From positions 1 through 29,677 of the forward strand of contig JAWXAY010000085.1 in NCBI GenBank assembly GCA_034439715.1: a stretch of 29,677 bases of DNA, written 5' to 3'. The DNA comes from Pseudomonadota bacterium. GTDB lineage: Bacteria; Bdellovibrionota; Bdellovibrionia; Bdellovibrionales; SG-bin7. The notes under the pieces were generated by a model. That model was not told where the DNA came from, did no database searches, and worked only from the letters and a program-made list of their open reading frames with translations. A program made the position numbers and the translations under genes. This document shows, piece by piece, positions 17,010 to 25,405 of this stretch. Numbering within the stretch: the stretch's first letter is position 1; every line of letters starts with the position of its first letter.

Positions 17010-19619
17010 TCACCAAGGACATTGGCTTCCGACCGCCACCAAAACCGAGCTCGAGCCAAAAATTGCACTAGCCAAATCGCGCACTTCACTGGCTGCCACT
17101 TGATTTATTCTATCGGGAAACTCAAAAATTTCATTTCTTGAAATACCATAAATCTCATTGAACAGAATTGACGATGCAAAGGCTCCATTGCCCTGAAGAT
17201 CAATGTCATGTCGCCCAATTAGGTACCTTTTTGCGCGCGCTAACTCCACTTCGGCAGGTGCTTTCTCCATTATTTTTTTGAGTTCGATTTCCATCATGCC
17301 TATGGCCTTGGCTCCCTTGCCGGGAGAGCAGCCAATATAGGTTCCAAAATATCCGGTGTCGACGCCATCAAACCTGATAGGTGAAACGGAATAGGCCAGT
17401 GACGCCTTATCGCGAAGTTCGACAAAAAGGCGGCCCCCTTGCCCCGCTAAAATTGATTGCAAAACATGTAGTACATACCGCCGCTTATCAAACATATTTA
17501 AACCACGATAGCCCAAAACAATATGTGTTTGTTCTTTTTTTAATGACTGAAAATGCCTCGTCGAATCTCCGAGGTGTTTGAGTTGAAACTCTTTTTTCCA
17601 TTCACTGCCTACGGGTAAAGGAACCAATTGTTTTTCAAGCGCATCGACCCATTTATTGGGGTCGACGAATCCAGAAACTGCCACCATTAGATTTTTTTGC
17701 ATGGCCATCGCTTGGTAATGATTGGCGAGGTGTTCGCGATTTATTTCTGAGACTGACTCTGTCTTTCCTTGGCTGTCCCTTCCGTAGGGATGACCCGAAA
17801 ACATGCGATCCAAAAACAACTGAATGGCGACATGCGAGGCCTCATCATTTTGGGTTTTAATAGTGTCCAAAAGTATCGTTCGTTCGCGCTCAATAATTTC
17901 AGGCGGAAAGTTGGGCTCACTTAATACATTGGCAAAAAGACCCGCGCCCTCTTTTTCAAATGGAGATAAAACAGACATTGACACTCCGACAGTGTTTCTG
18001 CCACCGAAGGCAGACAGCCTTCCTGCGATGTCCTCTGTTTTGCGAATGATTTCTTCTTCGTTGAAACATTTAGTTCCGCTGGTCCAAACTCGTGATAACA
18101 TTTCGGTGAGTCCCTCGGCCTTAATAGGCTCTGCACGCAGCCCACCCAAAAATGCGGCGCGCGCACTAATAACTGGCGTGTCTCTACTGATCCTAAAGAC
18201 TACGCGCGTTCCATTTCGCAGGGTCTTCTCTATTATTTTAGGTTCTGAGTGTGAATGCGCAGATATTTTTATTTTTGCCTTTTTGGCTTTTGGTTTAGAT
18301 TTACTCTGGGATTTCGCTTGGGATGCCTTTTTAAACATTTCTTTGTAACCAGATGCCCAGACTTCAAAAAATTCTTTTTTGGTTTTTGCTTCTTTACCCA
18401 AGAGCACGGATAGGCTTAGTGCTTCGGGCACCAGATACTTTCTTGCCACTCCTAGTATTTTTTTTGCGTCCGTCCCGCAAATCTGCTTTAAATATTTTGG
18501 GTAGTAGTTGTGGTTACCCATAAAAAACTCAAGGTAACCCGCCTTGCCGGCAAGCCCATCGACAGTTTCAAGACCATAGTATTCGTCGGTCTCGAGTTGT
18601 AGAATTGCTTTTGACAGTTCATCTTGTTTGACTTCGGCGTCAAGTATCGATTCCAAAATGTCTTTTAGTTTTTGAAAGTACCGCTCGATCGAAGTCGACG
18701 GGAGCGATGCCACAACAAAAAACAATCCGGGGTCTTTATGGGCGAATGTCGACGCTCCCACATACCTGACAAGCGGCTCTTCTAGACGAAGCTTTGTAAA
18801 CAGACGAGAGGACTCTCCTTCGCCTAAAATCATCGCTAACAGATCAAGTGCTACCACATCTTTGTGTTTGATATTGGGAATTTTCCAGGCAAGGTAAACA
18901 AAGTTTTCTTCGAATGTTGATTGGCCTACGAAAACTCGTGCTTTTTTTTGCGGAGGTTCTTTTTTTCGATTCACCCTAGACACTTTAGTTTTTTTGATTT
19001 TTCCAAAGTATTTTTTAATGTCCGCTTTCATTTTTTTGGATTCAAAGTTGCCTGTGACCACAAGAAGCATATTGGGAGGTGAATATCTTTCGCTGAAATA
19101 TTTCTGGAGAGTTTTTCTAGTCACGTTTTTTATGATTTTTTCGTAACCAATTACGGGAATGCCATAGGGGTGCTTTTGATAGCTGTTTTTAAACATTTGC
19201 CAGCTCGCCTGCGAGTGCGCCGAATCTAGCGACCGCTTGATTTCCTCAAGCACCACTCCCCGTTCATTATCTATTTCTGCCTGATCAAACGTCGGAAAGC
19301 CTATCATCTCACTGATAGCCTGCAGACCAATTTCACTAAATTGCTTTGAAATTGTGACATAATAGACCGTTTGGTCAAAAGAGGTATAGGCGTTCAGCTC
19401 ACCGCCACTGCCTTCTATGGTTTTTGCTATTTCTCCCACCTTAAAACTTTTTGTACCCTTGAACACCAAGTGTTCAATGAAGTGACTGATTCCCTCTTGG
19501 CCCTTAACTTCGTCGGCGCTTCCCGTCTTTACCCACGCCTGAACCGAGACAACTGGTGCCTTATGGCTTTCAATCAACAATACCGTTAATCCATTTTGCA
19601 ATTTGTATTTAGTTGTCAT
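17010..19619 (-). CDS. M16 (pitrilysin/insulinase) zinc peptidase, two fused modules
   Basis: Inverted zinc motif HFIEHLVFKGT, ELNAYTSFDQT, ERGVVLEE; second module lacks HxxEH and carries RLFVELRDKASLAYSV; Lys-rich linker between modules. Confidence 0.93.
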   Translation of the reverse strand: MTTKYKLQNGLTVLLIESHKAPVVSVQAWVKTGSADEVKGQEGISHFIEHLVFKGTKSFKVGEIAKTIEGSGGELNAYTSFDQTVYYVTISKQFSEIGLQAISEMIGFPTFDQAEIDNERGVVLEEIKRSLDSAHSQASWQMFKNSYQKHPYGIPVIGYEKIIKNVTRKTLQKYFSERYSPPNMLLVVTGNFESKKMKADIKKYFGKIKKTKVSRVNRKKEPPQKKARVFVGQSTFEENFVYLAWKIPNIKHKDVVALDLLAMILGEGESSRLFTKLRLEEPLVRYVGASTFAHKDPGLFFVVASLPSTSIERYFQKLKDILESILDAEVKQDELSKAILQLETDEYYGLETVDGLAGKAGYLEFFMGNHNYYPKYLKQICGTDAKKILGVARKYLVPEALSLSVLLGKEAKTKKEFFEVWASGYKEMFKKASQAKSQSKSKPKAKKAKIKISAHSHSEPKIIEKTLRNGTRVVFRISRDTPVISARAAFLGGLRAEPIKAEGLTEMLSRVWTSGTKCFNEEEIIRKTEDIAGRLSAFGGRNTVGVSMSVLSPFEKEGAGLFANVLSEPNFPPEIIERERTILLDTIKTQNDEASHVAIQLFLDRMFSGHPYGRDSQGKTESVSEINREHLANHYQAMAMQKNLMVAVSGFVDPNKWVDALEKQLVPLPVGSEWKKEFQLKHLGDSTRHFQSLKKEQTHIVLGYRGLNMFDKRRYVLHVLQSILAGQGGRLFVELRDKASLAYSVSPIRFDGVDTGYFGTYIGCSPGKGAKAIGMMEIELKKIMEKAPAEVELARAKRYLIGRHDIDLQGNGAFASSILFNEIYGISRNEIFEFPDRINQVAASEVRDLASAIFGSSSVLVAVGSQCPW

Positions 19620-19632
19620 ATTAAGTCCTGAT

Positions 19633-20808
19633 ATGAAGTTTGGCGTTTACGTTCATATTCCCTATTGTGTTCAACGTTGTTCGTACTGTGATTTCGCCAC
19701 GTACAAACAAGACGAAATCATACCCTCTAAAGACTACCTGGATATCTTAAGAAAAGAAATCTCGGATAGGTCTGGGGCTGTTCCCTATCGCATCATTGAA
19801 ACTGTCTATTTTGGTGGCGGAACCCCCAGCTTGCTCGATCCCTCGGATATTCAATCTATTCTGGAGTGTTTGTCGATGGCTGGATTTTTATTTAGTCCAA
19901 ATATTGAAATCACTCTGGAAGCTAACCCGGGAACGGTTTCTGAAAAAAAGCTTTTAGGCTATGTAAACGCTGGCGTTAATCGAATAAGCGTTGGCGCTCA
20001 GACTTTTGACGCCAAGTTATTAAAAGATATTGGCAGATTTCATAGCCCCAAAGACACAGAAGTCACTCTCTCTTTACTTCGTGCCATTAATCTCAATTAT
20101 AGTTTTGATCTCCTTTTTGCTCTGCCAAATCAGACTCAAGAGTTGTTAGCGTATGATTTAGAAAAAGTTTTGGAATATCAGCCGCCACACTTAAGCCCGT
20201 ACTGCTTAACTTTACCAAAAAATCATAAACTACAAATCAATCGACCTAGCGATGATCGCCAAATTGAAATGTTTAATCACATTGATAGAGCCCTTTTGGC
20301 TAACGGTTACTCTTCTTATGAAATTTCAAACTATGCAAAACCCGGCTTTGAGTCTCGCCATAATCAATTGTATTGGGACGATTCGCCTTATTGGGGCGTG
20401 GGCTTGAGCAGCCATTCCTATTTTAAGCAGGGGTCCTGGGGCACTCGGTTTTGGAATCCAAGCTCTATAGAGGAATACGAGAAACAGGTCGCAAGGACAT
20501 CGGCCCCATCTGCCAGCATTAAGGACTATTTAGAGCCCTCTCAATACGAGGATTTAAAAATCCACGAGGCACTTTCTGATTATTGCTATACATTTTTGAG
20601 AACAGCACGGGGCCTTTCTGAGGGCGCCCTGCGTTGTAAATTTGGCGACTCACTTCAGTCGTTAGTTACAGATAAACTCCGACTACTGTTGGATAGGGGC
20701 CTTGTGTCCAAAACTGCTGACACTTGGTTCATTACTTCAGACGGAAAAATGATCAGTAATCATATATTTGAAAACGTCCACTTTACTGCATCTTGCATTA
20801 ACCGGTAA
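19633..20808 (+). CDS. hemW: Radical SAM heme chaperone HemW (HemN-like)
   Basis: YVHIPYCVQRCSYCDF, FGGGTPS, EITLEANP, YEISNYA, HNQLYW (HemW-type HNxxYW). ATG 19633 preferred over TTG 19603, which overlaps the M16 gene. Confidence 0.9.
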   Translation: MKFGVYVHIPYCVQRCSYCDFATYKQDEIIPSKDYLDILRKEISDRSGAVPYRIIETVYFGGGTPSLLDPSDIQSILECLSMAGFLFSPNIEITLEANPGTVSEKKLLGYVNAGVNRISVGAQTFDAKLLKDIGRFHSPKDTEVTLSLLRAINLNYSFDLLFALPNQTQELLAYDLEKVLEYQPPHLSPYCLTLPKNHKLQINRPSDDRQIEMFNHIDRALLANGYSSYEISNYAKPGFESRHNQLYWDDSPYWGVGLSSHSYFKQGSWGTRFWNPSSIEEYEKQVARTSAPSASIKDYLEPSQYEDLKIHEALSDYCYTFLRTARGLSEGALRCKFGDSLQSLVTDKLRLLLDRGLVSKTADTWFITSDGKMISNHIFENVHFTASCINR

Positions 20809-20850
20809 CATGTTTTAATGCTTTTAGTCTGATTGGTAAGGAGGATGCTC

Positions 20851-21336
20851 GTGGAAGAGAAAAAGGCCGACGAAGAAAAAATTCAAGAGAACTCAAACCC
20901 TGAATTAGATAAAATTAAATCGGACTATCTTTACCTGCAAGCCGAATTTGATAATTATCGAAAACAAGTCATGAAAGAACGTTCTCAGCTATTAAAGTAT
21001 GGTTCCGAACGAGTGCTGGTTGAAGTCTTAAATGTTTTAGATAATTTCCAGCGCGCATTGGCCACTGGTCAGTCGGCAAGTCTAGATAGCTTACAAAAAG
21101 GTATGGAATTAATCTCGGTACAACTTAAAACCGTACTGGAACATTTTGGTATAAGCGAAGTGCCAAGTGAAGGCCAAAAGTTCGATCCTATGGCTCATGA
21201 GGCGCTAAGTAGCGAAGAGTCCGATGCGGTTCCCGCCGGACATATTCTGCGTGTTTTTCGCAAAGCCTATAACCTTCACGACAAACTAATCCGCCCAGCC
21301 CAAGTAGTGGTGGCCAAAGAAAAAACGGTAAAGTAG
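20851..21336 (+). CDS. grpE: Nucleotide exchange factor GrpE
   Basis: [36 protein letters not shown] 20851 follows an AAGGAGG Shine-Dalgarno. Confidence 0.95.
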   Translation: MEEKKADEEKIQENSNPELDKIKSDYLYLQAEFDNYRKQVMKERSQLLKYGSERVLVEVLNVLDNFQRALATGQSASLDSLQKGMELISVQLKTVLEHFGISEVPSEGQKFDPMAHEALSSEESDAVPAGHILRVFRKAYNLHDKLIRPAQVVVAKEKTVK

Positions 21337-21337
21337 C

Positions 21338-22342
21338 TTGGCCAAAAAAGACTACTACGAAATCTTGGGCGTAAGCAAAACGGCAAAAGCTGACGAAATA
21401 AAAAAGACGTTTCGAAAGTTGGCTATGAAGTGGCACCCCGACAAAAACCCCAATAACAAGGCCGCCGAAACAAAGTTTAAAGAAATTGCTGAGGCCTATA
21501 GTGTGGTTGGCGATGCGGAGAAAAGACTCCAATATGACCAATTTCAGGCCTCTCCTTTTTCAAAAGGTCCCGGCAATCAAAACCCTTTCCGAGCTGGCGA
21601 CCCGTTTGCGAGTAGCGGTTTTCCTGGTGGTCCCGGGGCGACAAGCTTTCAAGATCTTTTTGGAGATATGTTCGGGGATATTTTCGGTGCCTCGAGACAA
21701 GATCCTTTTTCGCGCCCCCAGGGAGGACCGCAACCGCAAGCCCGCGGGCCTCAACAACGGGGCCCCGATTTACGCTATACTCTAAATGTAAATCTTGAAG
21801 AAGTTAGTACTGGTATAAAAAAAGTTATTTCATTTTTAAGAAAACGAAGTGGTCGCGACGAAAGCGCTAGACTTGAAGTTTCTGTACCCCCTGGAGTAAG
21901 ACAAGGGCAAAAGCTCAAGCTGCAAAATGAGGGTGACTCTCTGCGAGGAGAGGCTCCGGGCGATTTATTTGTCGTAATAAATGTAACTGACCACATGCTC
22001 TTTGAAAGATCAGATAATGACCTTCTGTTAACTCTGCCCATTTCTTTTGTCGAAGCTGCTGGAGGGGCCACCAAAGATCTTCCAACTCTAACGGGCACTG
22101 TGTCATTAAAGGTACCCAGAGGTTCTCATTCAGGGCAAGTTTTTCGCTTAAAGGATAAGGGGTTTCCAAATGTTGGGGGGGGGGCTCCTGGAGACATGTT
22201 GGTAAAAATCGTCGTAGACATCCCCAAAGATCTTGATGAAAATCAAATCAAAGTATTGCGTGAATTAAATATCGTGGATTCTTCTTATCCTTTGATAAAT
22301 GAGTTCAAGGAGAAGGTTAATAAAGTTCGCAGGAACAAATGA
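21338..22342 (+). CDS. DnaJ-class chaperone, class B (no zinc finger)
   Basis: [12 protein letters not shown] motif (KWHPDKN), G/F/P-rich linker, C-terminal substrate-binding domain; no CxxCxGxG repeats. Confidence 0.92.
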   Translation: MAKKDYYEILGVSKTAKADEIKKTFRKLAMKWHPDKNPNNKAAETKFKEIAEAYSVVGDAEKRLQYDQFQASPFSKGPGNQNPFRAGDPFASSGFPGGPGATSFQDLFGDMFGDIFGASRQDPFSRPQGGPQPQARGPQQRGPDLRYTLNVNLEEVSTGIKKVISFLRKRSGRDESARLEVSVPPGVRQGQKLKLQNEGDSLRGEAPGDLFVVINVTDHMLFERSDNDLLLTLPISFVEAAGGATKDLPTLTGTVSLKVPRGSHSGQVFRLKDKGFPNVGGGAPGDMLVKIVVDIPKDLDENQIKVLRELNIVDSSYPLINEFKEKVNKVRRNK

Positions 22343-24321
22343 TGACAAAAAAATTATTAAAGAGTGCGGCACTATTCCTAACTGTTGTTTTATTTTCTCA
22401 GTGCACCTCTCTGCCAAAAAAGAAAGAACCCAAGAAAGCTCCACCCAGCGCCGTACAATTGTTTAATAGCGTGCAAGTAGATATCTCTAGCAATAATAAA
22501 TCTCGAGCGCTTAAAAAACTCGACAAGGTTATTCAAACCTATCCCGACACAGACATTGCCGATGACGCCCTGATCATGAGAGGGGACATTAATTATAAAA
22601 ATAAGAAATACGAAGAAGCCTATGACAGCTATATAGCTGTCGTAAAGTCTGAAATCTATAGTCCCAAAGAAGTGGACGCCAGTTATTGGGCGGCGAAATC
22701 TTTGAACGCCCTTGGCCGCTGGGACGAGGCGTCCTTACTCTTAAATCAAGCGTTAAAAAATGACGGCATTCCGATAGAATTGCAACTCTCAATCTACGAG
22801 CTAAAAGTCGATCTCCACCGACAACTGGGCGACGCTCTTGAATCGCTTCGATACTTGGTTAAATTGTCCGAGACCCATGTCGACCTACAGAAAAAAGAAC
22901 AATTTCGGGTTCGTGCGGCGGCTACAATTGAAAATGGTCTCGAAGTAAAACAGCTTGAATATATTTCGAATGACGCCGATTTCGGATTTTTGAGACAACA
23001 GGCTCTTTATAACCTGGGTCTCTATTATTTAGAAGACCACAACTTTTCTTCTGCGAGAGACTATTTTTTAGAATTAACCAGCTCTTACTCCGCTGGTCCT
23101 TTGGCCGAAAAAGCGCGGATTCATTTAGAACAAATTAATTCCCGGCGAATTGTTGACTCGCAATCCATTGGCGCTGTACTACCGCTTAGCGGAAAAAATC
23201 GCAGCATTGGTCTTAGAGAGCTCCGAGGCCTTCAATTGGGACTTGGCATCTATGGATCTAATAAGTCTAAATATCGGCTGGCTGTTGTGGATAGCGAGGG
23301 AAGCCCCGACATCGCTCGTCGAGCCGTTGAAAGACTTGTGGTAGAAGACCACGTTATTGCGATTGTTGGCAGCTATTCGAGCAAAACTGCACCAGCAATT
23401 GCTAGTGCAGCTCAAGAAATGGGTGTTCCCTCAATTGACCTTTCGCAAAAGGTAGGTATCACAAGTATTGGCGAATCGGTTTTTAGAAATTCAATTTCAA
23501 GTGAAATGTATATTAAGCACTTAGTTCGAGTTGGGATGGAAGAATTTAATCTTTCTCGTTTTGCCATTCTTTATCCCAACGATTCATATGGCGTTGAATA
23601 TGCTAACTTGTTTTGGGACGAGGTTTTACGCCGGGGTGGTCAGATCAACGCCGTCCAGACCTATCCCCCATTAGAAAAAGACTTTAAAGGACAGATTCAA
23701 AGACTTGTCGGCACCTATTATCTAGAGGATCGCCTAGATGAGTACCGACTTTATTTAAAGGAATGGGAGAAAAAGCAAAAGAAACTTACGTCTCGCAATA
23801 GACCGCCCACTGATTTGTTACCTCCCATTGTAGATTTTGAGGCCATTTTTATTCCTGATGAGGCCGCGGCGGTTGGGCAGATTTCTCAGATGCTTATATA
23901 TAATGACGTCAACGGCCTACGTTTAATGGGTACAAATATTTGGAGCAAACAGGTCCAGGAATTTATTAAGCGGGGAGAGTCCTCGGTTGAAAACTCACTC
24001 TTTGTAGATAGCCAACTCCCTTCGGAAAAAGAGCTTGAGCAAACTTCGTTTTATCAAGAATATTACAAAGCCTTTTCGCAGAAGCCTACGGATTTTGAAA
24101 TTCAGGCTTACGACACCGCAAAAATTTTGAGAAGGGCGCTAGACCAAGGCGCCAGTTCTCGCCAAGGTTTAGCTAATGATCTGCGCGAAACGCGAGACTT
24201 CCCTGGCGTAATTGGAGCTATTTCAATTAATGCACGGCGCGAATTTACGCGGCCCATTGTTGCGCTTACGATCGCCAATGGCCAGGTGCAAAAAATTACT
24301 TCTTCAAAAAGAAAACCTTAA
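22339..24321 (+). CDS. Lipoprotein with TPR repeats plus type I periplasmic-binding domain (LpoA/LppC-like PBP activator)
   Basis: Lipobox-like FSQC; TPR/BamD-like helices ([11 protein letters not shown]); [18 protein letters not shown] and QAYDTAKIL motifs. ATGA overlap with dnaJ. Confidence 0.8.
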   Translation: MMTKKLLKSAALFLTVVLFSQCTSLPKKKEPKKAPPSAVQLFNSVQVDISSNNKSRALKKLDKVIQTYPDTDIADDALIMRGDINYKNKKYEEAYDSYIAVVKSEIYSPKEVDASYWAAKSLNALGRWDEASLLLNQALKNDGIPIELQLSIYELKVDLHRQLGDALESLRYLVKLSETHVDLQKKEQFRVRAAATIENGLEVKQLEYISNDADFGFLRQQALYNLGLYYLEDHNFSSARDYFLELTSSYSAGPLAEKARIHLEQINSRRIVDSQSIGAVLPLSGKNRSIGLRELRGLQLGLGIYGSNKSKYRLAVVDSEGSPDIARRAVERLVVEDHVIAIVGSYSSKTAPAIASAAQEMGVPSIDLSQKVGITSIGESVFRNSISSEMYIKHLVRVGMEEFNLSRFAILYPNDSYGVEYANLFWDEVLRRGGQINAVQTYPPLEKDFKGQIQRLVGTYYLEDRLDEYRLYLKEWEKKQKKLTSRNRPPTDLLPPIVDFEAIFIPDEAAAVGQISQMLIYNDVNGLRLMGTNIWSKQVQEFIKRGESSVENSLFVDSQLPSEKELEQTSFYQEYYKAFSQKPTDFEIQAYDTAKILRRALDQGASSRQGLANDLRETRDFPGVIGAISINARREFTRPIVALTIANGQVQKITSSKRKP

Positions 24322-24403
24322 ATTTAACCAAATTCTTAGCTCCTTTAGTCTAATAGAAATCAACGAGACTTAGTGCTTGTTGCTGAGACCTAAAGGAGGG
24401 GTT

Positions 24404-24784
24404 ATGAATACCGTTCAAGAAAGACAACAATCAATTATTAAGGAATGTCGGGACAAGCTGCTAGCCATGAAGTCTGAAATTCTTAACCGGTCACGTTTCT
24501 TGCTGCGAGAATTTCGCAGTCGCGAAAACATTACTGGGGACGAGGCCGACATGGTGACTTATGTATTAGCCGAGCAAAATTATTTGCGCGAGCAGGGGCG
24601 ACTACAAACGCGCCTAATAGAACTTGATCAAGCCTTAGAAAGAATTCTTCGCGGCACTTTTGGAATTTGCGAAGAAACAGAAGAGCAAATCGAGGCTGCG
24701 CGCTTGCTCGCCGTCCCCTGGACTACCTTGAGTATTGAGGGTGCTGAAATGCGCGAAGCTCGCCAAAGCAGATTTGCCAAATAA
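24404..24784 (+). CDS. DksA/TraR family protein with degenerate (one-Cys) zinc finger
   Basis: Coiled coil with GDEAD tip; ALERILRGTFGICEETEEQIEAARLLAVPWTTLSIEGAE; ATG 24404 follows AAGGAGG. Confidence 0.88.
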   Translation: MNTVQERQQSIIKECRDKLLAMKSEILNRSRFLLREFRSRENITGDEADMVTYVLAEQNYLREQGRLQTRLIELDQALERILRGTFGICEETEEQIEAARLLAVPWTTLSIEGAEMREARQSRFAK

Positions 24785-24932
24785 GCATTCAGCTTAAATT
24801 CCCTTACACTAAAAAAGTGGCATTTTTTGCATTTATAATCAGCACTTACAAGTTTTTAGGTGACAAACCATGGCTCATAAAAATATATCTTACAAACCCT
24901 GTTTTCTGTAAGTAGCCATGGAGGAAATAGCT

Positions 24933-25292
24933 ATGCGAGTTTCTCAAGTCAAAACGTTGCAAAGATTATTGTTGGGCCAAAAGGAGTCTCTCCTTAATAA
25001 GACCGAGCGTTTTCGGTTAGAAAATCGCCAAGGCTTTCAAGCTGTGGGAGACGAGGCGGATCAAGCAAGCTCTGAGCTAGCACGAAGTCTTAATATTCGC
25101 TTGATTGAACGCGAGCGAGTTTTAGTACAAAAAATAGATCGCGCACTCGAAAAAATTACTCAGGGAAGGTATGGGTACTGTGATGAATGCGCTACACCTT
25201 TAGACTTTAGCCGCCTTAAAGCTCGACCAGTGGCGAGCATGTGCATTGATTGTAAGTTGGCTCAAGAGCAGGAAGAGCAACTTTACGCATAA
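24933..25292 (+). CDS. dksA: DksA/TraR family protein with C4 zinc finger
   Basis: DEADQA (DxxDxA) tip; YGYCDEC...RLKARPVASMCIDC; ATG 24933 follows GGAGGA. Confidence 0.88.
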   Translation: MRVSQVKTLQRLLLGQKESLLNKTERFRLENRQGFQAVGDEADQASSELARSLNIRLIERERVLVQKIDRALEKITQGRYGYCDECATPLDFSRLKARPVASMCIDCKLAQEQEEQLYA

Positions 25293-25332
25293 TTTTACTT
25301 AAATTCCGGACCTAGCCTACACCTAATTTTCA

Positions 25333-25360
25333 TAAAGCCCCCCAAAGATTACGCCGACAA
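25333..25360 (+). promoter_or_regulatory. Candidate sigma-28-type promoter upstream of lon
   Basis: TAAAG (25333-25337) and GCCGACAA (25353-25360), N16 spacing from TAAA, ending 45 nt before the lon ATG. Confidence 0.45.
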
Positions 25361-25405
25361 TTTATCAAGATAACAGCGCTGAAACTAAACTTTTGGGGAT
25401 AAAAA

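Noticed and set aside
18262..18335. Lys/Ala/Ser-rich low-complexity stretch in the M16 peptidase
   Set aside because: Explained as the inter-module linker; no true tandem DNA repeat.
24818..24830. TGGCATTTTTTGC resembling a sigma-54 promoter between the dksA genes
   Set aside because: GG-to-GC spacing is 8 nt rather than the required 10.
24839..24866. TCAGCACTT half-site resembling CIRCE
   Set aside because: No matching GAGTGCTAA arm at 9-nt spacing.
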